From: Asterionella formosa
Taxonomy: Eukaryota
Length of the DNA stretch: 64,000 nucleotides
Direction of reading: 5' to 3'
Assembly (NCBI GenBank): GCA_002256025.1
Contig: NKIB01012336.1
Coordinates: 1 to 64,000, forward strand
The notes beneath the pieces are model-generated. The model worked only from the letters and a program-made list of their open reading frames with translations. It was not told where the DNA came from and ran no database searches. Each line of letters begins with the position of its first letter. Within the stretch, counting starts at the first letter, position 1. Shown here one piece after another: positions 36,983 through 49,460 of the stretch. The position numbers and the translations under genes are program-made.

Positions 36983-38314
36983 TCATCTCGCCACTGTTGG
37001 AAAGGGCTCCTTGTCCATATTGGTTCTAGCTTGGCGCCAATGTTTCATGGGTCTTCCGAACGGATCTGTAAATGGCCGAATAACTTGACCTTGATTGACA
37101 GCCATGGATGCCTCCGATCCGCACGTAGCGTCTCTTAGAATTTCTTTGCTAATGTGGGTTGGAAAGTTTTGATTCTCGATGTCGTATCCAAAGTATTCCA
37201 AGACCGTTGTACCATCTTCCATTCCTTTGGCTTGCCGTGAAATTTGGTGAAGCTCCCGAAGCAAGTCGTCTGAGTAGCGCCCTTTGCGCAAGGATTTGCC
37301 AACAGAGTCCTTTCCGGATGTAGCGGACCTTGGCTTGTAGGAACCCAATTTGGAAGAGTCATGATCTGATCCACATGCATGATCGATACGTGTTTTCCAA
37401 TTCATTGATAAAACCCGTTCACCTGTCAAAAACCTAACGACGCGCTCCATTTCCTGTTTCATTTCAAGAATCAAATCTTCAAATCGCACCAACAATACCG
37501 GTATATCAGAATTCAACCAAAATTGATGAAACTGAATCCAAACGCTCATTTCATTCTTGGCAAGGGCTTGAAATGTGTCTTGGTACTTATCATAAATGTC
37601 ATCCGTCACAGTTTTGGTATGCGTATTGGTTAGATTAAGGTTCCAGTACGAGTCAATGGCATCATAGGGATTGCGAATCAATAGAATCACGCGATGTCCC
37701 TCAAATGTGCAGCCCACTCGTTCGGGGAAATGTGTCTTTACCACGTGAACCCGCTTTGTGACCCCTTCTCCCACTAAATTATGCTCCACCGCCAAAGCCT
37801 TGCTGAGCGTCCGATCGGGTCGATTGTCAGATCCAGTCACCACGCCGGTCGTTCGTTCTAGTAAATTGCGAAGTAATGTGTTGCCGGAACGAGGATAACT
37901 GGCGAGAATAGTTGTACCATTCGATGGTTCCTGAAAATGCAGAAATCGCAGCAGCTCTTGTTCAGCTGGGTATCGAAGTGGGGCGCTAACTGCTAGCTTT
38001 GATTCCAGGAGTGCCAATTCAGTCATCGACATGTTCGGCATGTAGGCAGGCCGCAGATGAGACCGAAGCCTCAATCGCCTCGTGTTCAACCGATCCAACA
38101 ACGTGATTGGATCTTGCGCAGGATACACCTTGTACCTATGTCGTTTTCTTGGTTCAAGGACCTTCAGACCATTCGAAGGCAAGCGAAACAGAGGCAACGT
38201 CCCGTGAGCCAAGCGCTTATTTGTAATCAGGAAGCAGGTGCCATCCACCTCTGTCAGATACGAAAGAATCACCGATAAAGCATACCGCTGTAAGGCATCT
38301 AATCGGGGACGCAT
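36983..38314 (-). CDS. PAPS-dependent sulfotransferase
   Basis: 5'-PSB SYPRSGNT, VKTH, 3'-PB LIRNPYDAIDS, and VRFEDL. Confidence 0.85.
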   Translation of the reverse strand: MRPRLDALQRYALSVILSYLTEVDGTCFLITNKRLAHGTLPLFRLPSNGLKVLEPRKRHRYKVYPAQDPITLLDRLNTRRLRLRSHLRPAYMPNMSMTELALLESKLAVSAPLRYPAEQELLRFLHFQEPSNGTTILASYPRSGNTLLRNLLERTTGVVTGSDNRPDRTLSKALAVEHNLVGEGVTKRVHVVKTHFPERVGCTFEGHRVILLIRNPYDAIDSYWNLNLTNTHTKTVTDDIYDKYQDTFQALAKNEMSVWIQFHQFWLNSDIPVLLVRFEDLILEMKQEMERVVRFLTGERVLSMNWKTRIDHACGSDHDSSKLGSYKPRSATSGKDSVGKSLRKGRYSDDLLRELHQISRQAKGMEDGTTVLEYFGYDIENQNFPTHISKEILRDATCGSEASMAVNQGQVIRPFTDPFGRPMKHWRQARTNMDKEPFPTVAR

Positions 38315-38390
38315 GTAACTAGTGGAAGGAAGCGACGAGAGATGAGTACAATCTCACCATTGAATCTTGAATGGAAGAAGGGTGAAAATG

Positions 38391-38678
38391 TGTTCAACTT
38401 TATGGCGCTTCTTCCCATCGCGCTCCAGTGTACCTACCAGGTAGTACTGCTGAAGGCAACACATGCCCGAGGTGGTCTCTTCCGTGCGAGTATACCTGTA
38501 CATGCGTTCGAGGCTGGATGGCGCGAGTAGGTTGACCGTACGAAATGACCAGTCAAGATCTTTCTCGCGCCTTTTCGTCTGCATATATTATTCGGCTACT
38601 CGTATATAAAAACTGTCCATTTCTGTTTAGACATTCCTCAGACTACATCTAGTCTTCGGATACCTGTCAATATCAACA
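38391..38678. mobile_element. Diverged LTR-like fragment related to 45252-45609
   Basis: Shared gacc.gtcaagatctttctc...gtttagacattcctcagacta...tagtcttcgga...cctgtc.a.atcaaca. Confidence 0.65.
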
Positions 38679-41650
38679 GCCTAACATATTCTGACAAAAA
38701 TGATGGGGATGCATCTTGAATTATCATTACCTGCACATATTATATGAATCAGAAAGGGCCAGTGGTAGTGCATGTTTTATGTGCACCTTTTAAGTTGATG
38801 CTCTCCCAATGGATTGTTTCATACCTGCCAGATGAGATAGACTGGCTTTACATTCCAAACTCTCTTAAGTAACTTTCTTCAATAAATGTTAAATTATCAT
38901 TCTTGTTGTGTTCTGATCATCAAAATCGTGTTCACTACTACTGCTGGTAATGGTATTCGCTCAGCAACTGGAAGCATGGTAGTAGATGCTTCCATGGCTA
39001 ACAGTTTATCATGTTAAATACTGAAGGTTAGACACGACCAAGGGTGGAGACTGCCTGCGAGTATTCTTGTGTTCGAGGCTTGGGAGGCTTGAGTAGGTTT
39101 ACCAAAAGAGTGGCACCCCTGGCGCTGCAAGAAGGTTGACCTGCAAGGGCCTCCCAATTTGAGTACACAAGATTATGAGTAGGCAGACTCCTCCAAAGTA
39201 GGGTCTAGAACTAGGCAATTCACAAACTAGCTATCGGCGCGCTTTTCGCCACTACATTGCCCTTTCAGTTAACATTGAAAACCTATTTTAGATAGTTTGT
39301 ATGTTGGATGCGAACTAGCCAATTGCCCTTCATATAAAACTACATATATTGTATATTTCAAAAGTTGAGTTTTTGATTACTCAATCCTGCAATTGCCCTT
39401 CATAAAAACCTATTTTGTAAATTTCATATGATCCGTTTTTTGACTGCCAAACTACCTTCAATATTTTCAATAGCCCCCAGATTTTATTGCCGAAATCGAC
39501 TGCCGTTTATTTAAGGTAATTTGATTACTGATATCTAGTACAGCCCCTCAATTGACTGCCATTTACTAAAGAAAATCGACTTCCGAAATTGGAAGAGTAG
39601 GAAAAACCATGTGAAGGCACGAAATGATGATTTTCTGTTAACTGTCAATGGAAATTCCACAATTTAGGCATGATCCGATGTATAAAAACTCTGTTCATTG
39701 ATGTCTCAAAAATTGAATCTTCATCAAATGAATCTGACTGGTTGTTGCATGATTCGACTTCTGGTGACACTTGCTTCATCACAGTGGCGCCAAATTCTCG
39801 TTATTTTCATCAGACATGATCAGCCCTTTTAATTTTAACTATAATGCTTTGGTATGCTTTATAAGTGTCCTACCTCACAGAGTGATCTCGGCAGCAAGTT
39901 TTAGTGCTCAATTGTTGGCTTTTTCCGCTGTTCTAAAATAGCATAGTTTCTGTAGGTTATCTAATCACAACCCTACAGTGATTGTATAAAGTAACTACAT
40001 CACTGCGTTACAATCACATTTTTCATCATGATGATGATGTTGATCCTGGTACTTGAAGTTTTGCTTCCAGCACCAGGGGTTCCCCCAATCACAATTCTTA
40101 GCATCAAGATTCCTTATTCCAGAAATCTCCTTGTTTACCAGTATATGCATTTCATACTAGTACTGATATGAATGCACAGAAGTGCAAACTGCTGTAGTAC
40201 ATACTGGTATGCATCATATGAACATACCAGTACACAACATGGATGATGGTTTATTCACTGTAAATACATGCATGATTAATACAATCGCTCATGAATCGAA
40301 CATGAGAAATTTACCATTAGTAATATTGTAACAGACCATGATAAAATTATTTTTAATTTTCGATTTTGTACAACTACTTAACGCTTTTATTAGTTGCTTA
40401 GATAGAATACGTTTTTCACTGCTAGCAAGTAGTGAAAGAAACGTTCACGTAGCTTTGATATTCATTGCAAAATAGCTAAAAAAGGCAGAAGCAAAATGGC
40501 GCTCGACTGCAATGACAATTTCTTCATGATTTCTTGTCAGATCAAAACCCGAGAAGTCTCTACATAACCATCATACATCAAGTAGACATATACTACAACA
40601 TCAGTAGTAGCTCAGTAGCTCAAAATAACAATCGAATTTATAATTCGTGATTTATCTGTTTACAATAGGCGTACAATCATTGTCATGATGTTGCCACTAC
40701 TACCGGTACTGGCGCAAACATCATCATGTTCCAAGAATATACATGCTTGTAAAATACATTACAACCATATACTGTACCGACATGTAGTAAATTGTACTCA
40801 TCGGTTCAGTACACATATGGTACCAGGCACCATGAATAGTTATTATGTACAATATACAGGGATGTAGGCAGAGAGTATATTAAACATAAATGTACCACTA
40901 TATTTATTCCTGTACATTTAGCTACACTCATTGGCAGCGCTTGACAAACATATTCTTTGATTCGCTCTGTGCACACATTTGACCATGACGGAATCTAGCT
41001 CTCCAGTAAGATCCCCGCCCATTTTTTGGATTGGAGTGTTTGAGATTGCTGGGGTAATGAGTTTTTCCTAAAATAGTTACTGCCAAATCGAATTCTAGCA
41101 TATTAGACAGTATTCAAAATCATCATGCCACAAATGAAAGATAACCGTTATCCAAGCTAGGCAGAATATTTGTTTTTGTATTGGATCTTGTTCAGGCGTG
41201 TATATCCGAGATGTCCAAATCGTCATTTTGGCAATTTTATCATAACTTGGTGGTAATACCACCTAAAAACTTAGAGTCATCCTTATTTTACCCTATGTTA
41301 TGACTCAAATTATTTAGTCTGAATGCATGGTAATGTTGAAGCAAGTATGAGGGTTATTTTAGGTCATCCTCTCGTCAGGTACCACTATGTTTTAGTATTA
41401 CCTTTTTAGATAGTTCTATATCATTGTTAGACAAAGAAGGCCATAGATAGAGACTTTCATTTCTATATTCTTATTGTGAGTTACTAAATTAGTTTAGGTT
41501 GTTTGGTTTGAATAATCAAACAAACCATTCTCCAACTGCTGTTTGCATTTCTAGAATTATCTATCTCACACTTACTGATCATAGAATTGGCCAACGTTAA
41601 CTTCTCCTGTAGCATCAAACCACTCCTCCAGGGTGCTAGATAAAAACCCC

Positions 41651-41851
41651 AATCATAGCAAGGTTTGGAAACTGTTTTTTCAGAAAATCATTCTTCAAAA
41701 TTAGGTTTTGATAATATTGAAATTAATTGGCCAGCTTGAAACCATTAGAAATTTCCAAATGTCTCTAAGTATTATTACTGGAGAAGTCAAATTTGAGTGC
41801 CTGCCAATGCTGCATTCCAGTTTTGGCAAAATGACAGCAACTTGCAGATTA
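41651..41851. mobile_element. Terminus of a larger DNA transposon sharing the family-A TIR
   Basis: Reverse-complement match over ~200 bp to 63675-63875; ends ggcaaaatgacagcaacttgc. Confidence 0.7.
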
Positions 41852-41869
41852 CCAGGGTGCATCACAGAG

Positions 41870-41971
41870 TACCTTGCAAGCTGCAGTCATTTTGCTTAAA
41901 CTAGCATTTTAATCTGGGATAAAGAAAGCTAAATTCTTTAGTTTTAGCAAAATTACCGCAACTTGCCTGTA
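41870..41971. mobile_element. MITE family A copy
   Basis: tacc.tgcaagctgcagtcattttgct...agcaaaattaccgcaacttgcctgta. Confidence 0.75.
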
Positions 41972-42934
41972 CTGAAGACCGCGTGAAGTCCTGCTGGTAC
42001 TTTCGTAGGTACCGGTGTATTGATTGTGAAACAATGAACACCAGTGCGTACCACATACCTACCTGGTACCGGTACCCCCGGTAGCTATCATTTTTGTATC
42101 TACATATGTTTTCAAGGTGGAGACACGCACGGACAAATCAAACCGATTGAACTCATAGCATTGTCAGACATTGCATTTACCGGCAGAAATGACACTGCCC
42201 GTTGCAGACTTACTGTACGGCACATGGCTGTATGACGTAGGGAGGCACATCTGCTCATACCGCTAGTGCATTTCGTCGTGATCGGTCGCGCGAGTGTCAC
42301 CATGGAGTGACGTAGATTTCTCTTCGTGGCTCTACGAGAACGCTGGTATGCATACTTTAGTCAATATTCACATTCGTCAGCAGTACCAAACGGGGAATTG
42401 TTCCCCTGAAGCCCTTCTGACATTTTTGAAGAACGCGACAAAAATAGCGTTGTTTTGTTAGCAATTCCATACTGGTAGACCACTTGTAGGACCTGGTATC
42501 GGGGTATTGGGGTATCGGGAAAAGGAGACTTGGAGCTGATGATCTTACGATGTTGTTGCAACAGCTATCAAGGACCGGTAAACTAAACTCCAATGTAAGA
42601 ACTACCGGTGGTTTGCAACGATTTGAGCACAAGCAGAGTAATCGTTGCACAAACATGGATCAATAGAAGGAGAAATCTTTTTCAAAGTGGAGAATCCATC
42701 GTTTTAGAAGAGCTACTTTTCGTATTCGGTGGTTGAATCCTTTGCCTCTTGAAAACGCATGAAACGCAATATTTGAGACCCCGAATAGAATTCGAGGACC
42801 AGATTGTTTTCTGGAACGACTACCTCTTCCCAATTCTTTACACAAGTGATTACTATAACCCAGATTTCTATTTGAATCAATTCCCTATATCATTTTATAA
42901 TGGCGAGCTGTACCACGAACTTTCATTCTATATT

Positions 42935-43663
42935 CTAAGCCACTGCTTGGGCAAAAGCTTCCGAATCACGGTATAGCAGGTGCTTTCTTTCCTTCAGAAA
43001 CTCAATCCATTGCTTCCAGTGCTCCTTGCGAACATAATTCATCGGCATGTGACCGCGCACATCGCTCATGAGTAACATCTGGGGTGCCTTGCCCATCAGA
43101 AAGTCCAGCAACTCCAAGTTCGGTTCTGAAGTCCAGCAACTGTAATGTAACGGTGTTCTTCCAAAGTCGTCATGCACCCATAAAGACACACCAGCTTCCT
43201 CCACCATAAATCGTACTATCTCCGTATAACCACGTCGACAGGCCATGTGTAGGAGAGATTCACCAAAGCGATTGCAACAGGAAAGTGATCTGCCATTAGC
43301 ATGGAACTCCTTCAGCTTGTCCAAGTTTCGTGCCCTGAGTACTATTACGATTTCAAGGCTGTACGCTGCAATGTCATCATCGCTGGGTCTGTGCTGGAAT
43401 AGATTCGACTCGGTGGACTTGTTAACGGGTAACGACGACGCGGAGACAACGTAATCGATGGGAGATACAATGTCATCCAAATCCAATCTTGATGTGCTCT
43501 TTACTAGACTCGAATATGACGTAGAAGAGGGGATGTTTTCGGCTTTATCTACTAGTCGCCGCCTCTTCTTCTGCGACCCAAAGCAGGCAACTGATGCAGT
43601 TGTTTCTAACAAAAGATCACCCAGTGTCATGGTGTTGCCTGTCGGAAGCATTTTGATTTGCAT
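42935..43663 (-). CDS. Ankyrin-repeat protein
   Basis: CNRFGESLLHMACRRG, DDFGRTPLHY and DVRGHMP motifs. Confidence 0.85.
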   Translation of the reverse strand: MQIKMLPTGNTMTLGDLLLETTASVACFGSQKKRRRLVDKAENIPSSTSYSSLVKSTSRLDLDDIVSPIDYVVSASSLPVNKSTESNLFQHRPSDDDIAAYSLEIVIVLRARNLDKLKEFHANGRSLSCCNRFGESLLHMACRRGYTEIVRFMVEEAGVSLWVHDDFGRTPLHYSCWTSEPNLELLDFLMGKAPQMLLMSDVRGHMPMNYVRKEHWKQWIEFLKERKHLLYRDSEAFAQAVA

Positions 43664-44278
43664 TGCTAATGCCGAATCTGTTAATAAATTTTAACCTGAG
43701 CTGTAGATGTCGTCGATTTATCTCATGTCTCAACAGGGCCACTGCTGGAAACGAGCAATTATATTGTGAGCAATGCATTATTACATAGGTAACAAAGAAT
43801 CAAATGTGTGTACGTCTGCTTACGTAGACTTGTCTCGGCTTACATATGGAGTTAGTATGCGTAGTATAAAGGTACATCGCATCGAATGATTGAAAGAAAG
43901 ACAACAGGAGATCCGCAAATTTACGTGGAGAAAAGTGATGTGGCAAAGTTTAAGGCAACGTCAGGTCTAGAGAACCCAGAGGCTGAGTCATACATTTTTG
44001 ATCTGTCAGCAATTCACTATCGGTACTCAACAGATGCCCCATTTAAAATAAGAAATTTGTAGTCTACCGATTGTTAGAAGCCTGAATGTGATTCGTAGTG
44101 AACAGAAAGACCCGGACATGTTTGTTACCGCCATATGCTCCAACCTTGTGAAAGAACAGATAAATCTTACAAATACGTGGCGAGGGTGTCGTACTTCCCA
44201 AACATAATAATGGTATATCACCGGAAAAAGAATTCTCAACGTGCGTAAAAGCACTGGAACTGGTACGATGTACACGGT

Positions 44279-47200
44279 TGTTGAAATGGTCCGTACTCCT
44301 TCCCGCGGGCTGGGTCTCTCTTCACGTAGACTCTTACGTGATCGTAGTACTACCTAGTACCACTTACTTTCTCTCTTGTCTCTGCTTCTAGCCTTCCTGC
44401 TTGACCTTGCTGTCAATTAACACACTGTTTCCTCAGTTGAAAATCTAAACTCAAATTAAATTATAAGCTAAACTAAATGTTTCCTTTCCATGCATCTTTG
44501 CTTCCTGCAAAGTCGTTCTAAGACTCTCTTCGAGTTTCCACTTAACATTTCCATAGAAATGTTCAATCTTTGATCTCGTTAGACAGCTGATTGACATGGC
44601 AATGCAATATTCGACTCGTTCGATTATCCACAATCCTTGTGACCCAGGCTAATATTCTTGACATCCTCCCCATTGCCATGCTCAAGAGGCTGTAACATCG
44701 TTCCACTCTGAACTGGTTCTGACAATCTCATATGAATCTGTTCCTTCACGTTCTTAGTCATAGTAATGTCCGCAAAATTATCTTCCGACCTTATAAAAGT
44801 GACTTCCAATTCTTCATCTTCAATCATGTCCTTTACATGATGATACTTAATATCAATGTGTTTTGTCCTGGTTCCAATTTGCTGATTCTTCGCGATAAAA
44901 ATAGCTCCTGTATTGTCTTCTCATAGGATACTTGGTAACATGACCTTAGCACCAGTAACCTCATTCAGTAGCATTGCTATGAACTTGATCTCTTGTCCAG
45001 ACTGGGACATCGCCACATACTCGGCTTCCGTGCTAGACAGCGTAACCGTTTGTTGTCCCTTCGACTGCCAACTGATAAGTGCCCTGCCAATAGTAACAAG
45101 ATAGCCAGTCATGCTCTTCCTGTTAACCTTATTAGCAGCCCAGTCACTTTCCACGTAGGCAATGACTCTTAACTCTTTTGGCTTACGTAACTTGAGAACT
45201 CTATCCTCCATATTGGATAGGTAACCAATGACTCTTGCCACTGCATGCCATTGTTCGTTTCGACACATCCTTTCCTACAGGAATTCTCATAGCTAGTGCC
45301 CTCTCGTTTTCTTCGTCTCTGTTTTTCTTTTTCTTTTCTCTTTTTTTCTTTCTGTTCTTGCTGAGGACTCGAACTGTCAACCTCTGGTTTTCACGTACTT
45401 CCTCGTTCCACTTGTAGTAATGAGCCCGCTACCATGTTAAAATATATGGCGCCTACTCTAGCGTGCTCCAGTACTGCCCTGGAATGACCGGTCAAGATCT
45501 TTCTCACACCGCTTGTCTGCAGATTCTTCTGTTATATAAATCCTGTCTTTTCCCGTTTAGACATTCCTCAGACTAGTACCTAGTCTTCGGACTCCTGTCG
45601 ACATCAACAGCCTTTGGTAATCCTGGATCAGAAGCCAGACTTGCATTGTACACAAAATTCACCTGTGTATTCTTCGTAACTTCCTTAATGTCATCCACCT
45701 CGATAACACCAGGCATCTCAGTATCTCCTGAAATTTTCACAATTTTCGTACTTGTAGGATTGAACGATGAGTCCAATCTTTGCATTTCACGTGCCAACTT
45801 CGCTTGCTTGTTAGACTGAGCACTCTCGGCACGTTTAGCCTTCACAATTGGGTTGTTGGTACCTGTAACCTCGTATTTTGTAGTACCATCTATCTTAGTT
45901 GATTGTTCAGTTTTCCTCCCCAATTCTTGCTTTTCATCATCTTCATCTTCATTATCGGACACTTCTCGAGGTCGTTCGAACTCGTCATAAAAATCGTCAT
46001 GCAATTCTTCATTAACTTTTCGTACTGATATCTCCGTATCCTGTTGGTTGGTGACTGGTTTGCACATTTTCTCTAGTCCATCGTCCATGGCCATCACCCA
46101 ATACTGATTTCCCACAGCGGATTTTGCGTAGGGTCCACTAATATCAATAAACAGTCTTTCTCCTGGTGTCGTAGCCTTCTCTTGCGTCATCTTGGGTACT
46201 GTGCATGCTTTCTTTGCCTTGGCTGCTGCACATCCGGCGCACACCTTTAAATTTCCAACAAGTTTCCACCCAAATAATTCGATGTCTCACGAAGACATTT
46301 TTCCCCCACATGCTGTCCAAGCATTTCATGCGCTTCATTTATTTCCACAATCACATCATTATTTTCGTTCGCGTTGCTTTTCTCGATCGTTTCACCTATC
46401 GCTTTCGTAGTTTTCTTCTTTACGTCGACTTTTGTCCATTCATTCTCGTCTTCTTTATCGTAGTCGATACATTGTTGTGTTGGCTTCTCGCTTTCTTGTT
46501 CAACCTCCAACACCGTTTCCTTTAGAATAGGCGTTCCTTGCACATGGTATATTGCACCAATTGTCCTCTTTTCATCACGTTTGCAGATCAAAAATCCGTT
46601 GTTGTTTCTGATCGTCATCTTATCATCATCAAACATAACTCTATTTCCCTTGTCAATAATTCTCGAAATACTGATGATGTTCTGCTTGAACTCCGGTGCA
46701 TAGAGCACATTGGTGAGTTTCAACACTTTTCCTTTGTCTGTCGTCGTAAGGGTCACTGTGCCTGATACAGTTGCAACAATTTCTGTGCTGTTTCCCACAA
46801 GAACAGTTTCACGCACTGCGCGCTTGTCCTCCATGATGCGCTCATCATTGCATATATGTACCATTGCACCACTATCTAGTAGCCAACGGTCCTTATGCAC
46901 ACACGTATGATTTACCTCTTCGTTGTACCTTGCCTCAATACACGTTACCACGAACATTCCTTGCGTAGTGGTGTTGGCATCTTCTCCCTTCTGTTAGATT
47001 GGTGCATTTTGTTGATTATTGCACTCACTGGCATAGTGCCCCATCTTCTGGCAATTATAACACTTCACATTCTTTCTCTTATTTCGTTGCTCGGGAGTTA
47101 ATTCTCTCTTTTCTGTAGTATTGCCCTTGCTTCGGCAATCAACTGCCTTGTGGCCATACTTGCCACACTTCCTGCAGTCTCCCTTAAACTTGCTTTTTGA

Positions 47201-48305
47201 AAAGAAGGCCTGCTCGCCATTCTTACTGGTCTTGGTTTCGTCACGCACATGCAAATCGTAATAGTCGCGTACATTCTTCATGACCTCTTGGATCGTGAGC
47301 TTGGAGCTCGCGAGACCAAATTTTCCAACCACCAAACTCTTGTAGACTTCCGGTAGGTTGTTGATAACGTGGGCCACATAGGCACCATCCGAAATTGCGG
47401 AGCTCGTACGGCTCAATCGTTCTCGAATTCTATCCAACTCCACAAACCAAATGTCGGGGTTCTCATTCTCGTTAATCGTGCATTTTGTCCACTGACCTGA
47501 CAAGGCAGTCACATTTGCCATATTACTTGACTCGTATGTAGACACTAATTTGTCCCACGCTTCCTTCGCATTTCCATTGGGGAACTCTTCACTTCTGGCA
47601 CCATTTACGTATCCAAAGAATGGTCCACTCTGACATGCCATAATCAAACTTGCATAGGCAACCGTATTATTTCGTTTCGCACGCTTCTCATCATTGTCTC
47701 TTGGAACAATCTTCACTCCAGCTGAATCTCTCTCACCTGATGATACTTCATCTCCATTTAGGATTCCTTCAAAACCTTTGTAGCAGGCATAGGCCACAAA
47801 CTTCGCTTTCCAAACGTGCCACTTGGCATCGGTACCATCAAATGTTAGCAACCGCACTCCTGACGATTCGTCGTCAATTCCCATCTTGAGTACCCTTTCA
47901 AACCTATTCGCTTTAAAGCGTGTTGAAATGGTCCGTACTCCTTCCCGCGGGCTGGGTCTCTCTTCACGTAGACTCTTACGTGATCGTAGTACTACCTAGT
48001 ACCACTTACTTTCTCTCTTGTCTCTGCTTCTAGCCTTCCTGCTTGACCTTGCTGCCAATTAAGACACTGTTTCCTCGGTTGATAATCTAAACTCAAATTA
48101 AATTATAAGCTAAACTAAATGTTTCCTTTCCATGCATCTTTGCTTCCTGCAAAGTCGTTCTAAGACTCTCTTCGAGTTTCCACTTAACATTTCCATAGAA
48201 ATGTTCAATCTTTGATCTCGTTAGACAGCTGATTGACGTGGCAATGCAATATTCGACTCGTTCGATTATCCACAATCCTTGTGACCCAGGCTAATATTCT
48301 TGACA
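44279..48305 (-). mobile_element. Ty1/copia element 2, internally deleted (gag, PR, partial IN, RT end, RNaseH)
   Basis: 385-bp LTRs at 44279-44663 and 47921-48305 (~5 mismatches); PPT GGGGAGGA. Gag with two CX2CX4HX4C knuckles; PR WLLDSGA; ERLFIDISGP; RNaseH SSTEAEY. No RT YVDD core. Confidence 0.93.
45252..45609. mobile_element. Solo-LTR-like insert nested in copia-2 where the RT core should be
   Basis: TGTT...AACA ends, non-coding, related to 38391-38678, and separates pre-RT from late-RT coding sequence. Confidence 0.65.
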
Positions 48306-48332
48306 CACAGTACCCTGGTACTATTATCCATT

Positions 48333-49083
48333 CAGAGGTCGGTGAAAGTTTACTGCAGTATTGGATACTGATACTGCTCCAGACGCAGTATCAGTATACC
48401 AGTATACTGTCATTCTATATTCCAAATACCATACAGGTACTGTTCAAAAATTTTGCCAGTATACTGCTATGTAGGAATCTTCAGAAAATCCGGGATGTCT
48501 TGTAGCATTGGAGAGCGAAATTCCGTTCAATGCTTGGGCTATTAAGCAACACCAAAATAGAAAAAATCGGCATATTATAGAAATTATATTTGTCTTGACC
48601 TCCTCCTTGGTATGTCTGTTAGTTGTGAAAGGCTCTTTTCCAATGCCAAGCACATTCTTACTTGTGTGAGGAAGTCAACATCACCTGCTGTGTTTGAAGC
48701 GATGCTATTTCTAAAAATGAATAGACTATTTCTAAAGATGAATAGACATTACTGGAATGAGGTTGTGTTCAGTAAAGCAATGGGTAGGACTATCACATTA
48801 GAGATGGATGATGATCAATTGAACTAAAGCACTTAAGTAGCTGCCATGATTGCCTGCTGCATCGTTTGTTATTGACCGAAAAAATAAAAGAGCGCAAGCA
48901 CACATGACTGAGTTACAATAGCAATACTGCTTTGGAAGCAGTATCAGTATACTGGTATACTGTCATTTCAATATAGAAATACTTAACTGTTCGCCAAGAA
49001 GTGAATACAATATACCAGTATATTGTCATTCTCTAAAAAAGCCCACAGTATTAGCTACTGCAGTATGATATCACCAACCTATG
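48333..49083 (+). mobile_element. Non-autonomous hAT derivative retaining the C-terminal dimerisation domain
   Basis: SVSCERLFS...FEAMLFLKMNR...YW at 48612-48827. TIRs CAGAGGTCGGTGAAA and revcomp CATAGGTTGGTGATA (12/15); subterminal cagtat repeats. Confidence 0.75.
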
Positions 49084-49130
49084 ATCTGTACTATGATACA
49101 GTACTATGCACACACAAACAGGCAAGGGAG

Positions 49131-49228
49131 AACATGCAAGCTCCGGTCCTTTTGCTTACATAAACAATTTAATCTGGATATAGATAGCTAAATCTTTATC
49201 CCAGCAAATTTTCCACAAGTTGCTGATA
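49131..49228. mobile_element. MITE family A copy (degenerate)
   Basis: tgcaagctccggtccttttgctt...aatctggatatagatagctaaat...agcaaattttccacaagttgctgata. Confidence 0.6.
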
Positions 49229-49255
49229 TACCTGGTCCTCCGAGTACCAGTTATA

Positions 49256-49460
49256 AATGGCTTAGAGCCACATTAATAATTCATTTTCCGAATAATTCTA
49301 GATTTATGCTAAAATCGATCCCCTCTTTCGCCCTTTGGCACAATATTAGTCAGTTCATTAATCTACATGAGAATTAGATCATTTTTTACTTGACCACATA
49401 TTAACTGAGATCTATCCATTTTAAAAGTGACAAAACCGGTCGAAGTGGCTCAAAGCCATT
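49256..49460. mobile_element. ~200-bp MITE-like element (family B)
   Basis: Inverted repeat aatggcttagagccac / gtggctcaaagccatt (15/16). Confidence 0.5.

Noticed and set aside
44451..44633. Duplicated 60-aa ORF (also 48093-48275) and ORFs across the copia-1 LTRs
   Set aside because: These are chance frames inside LTRs; LTR duplication explains them.
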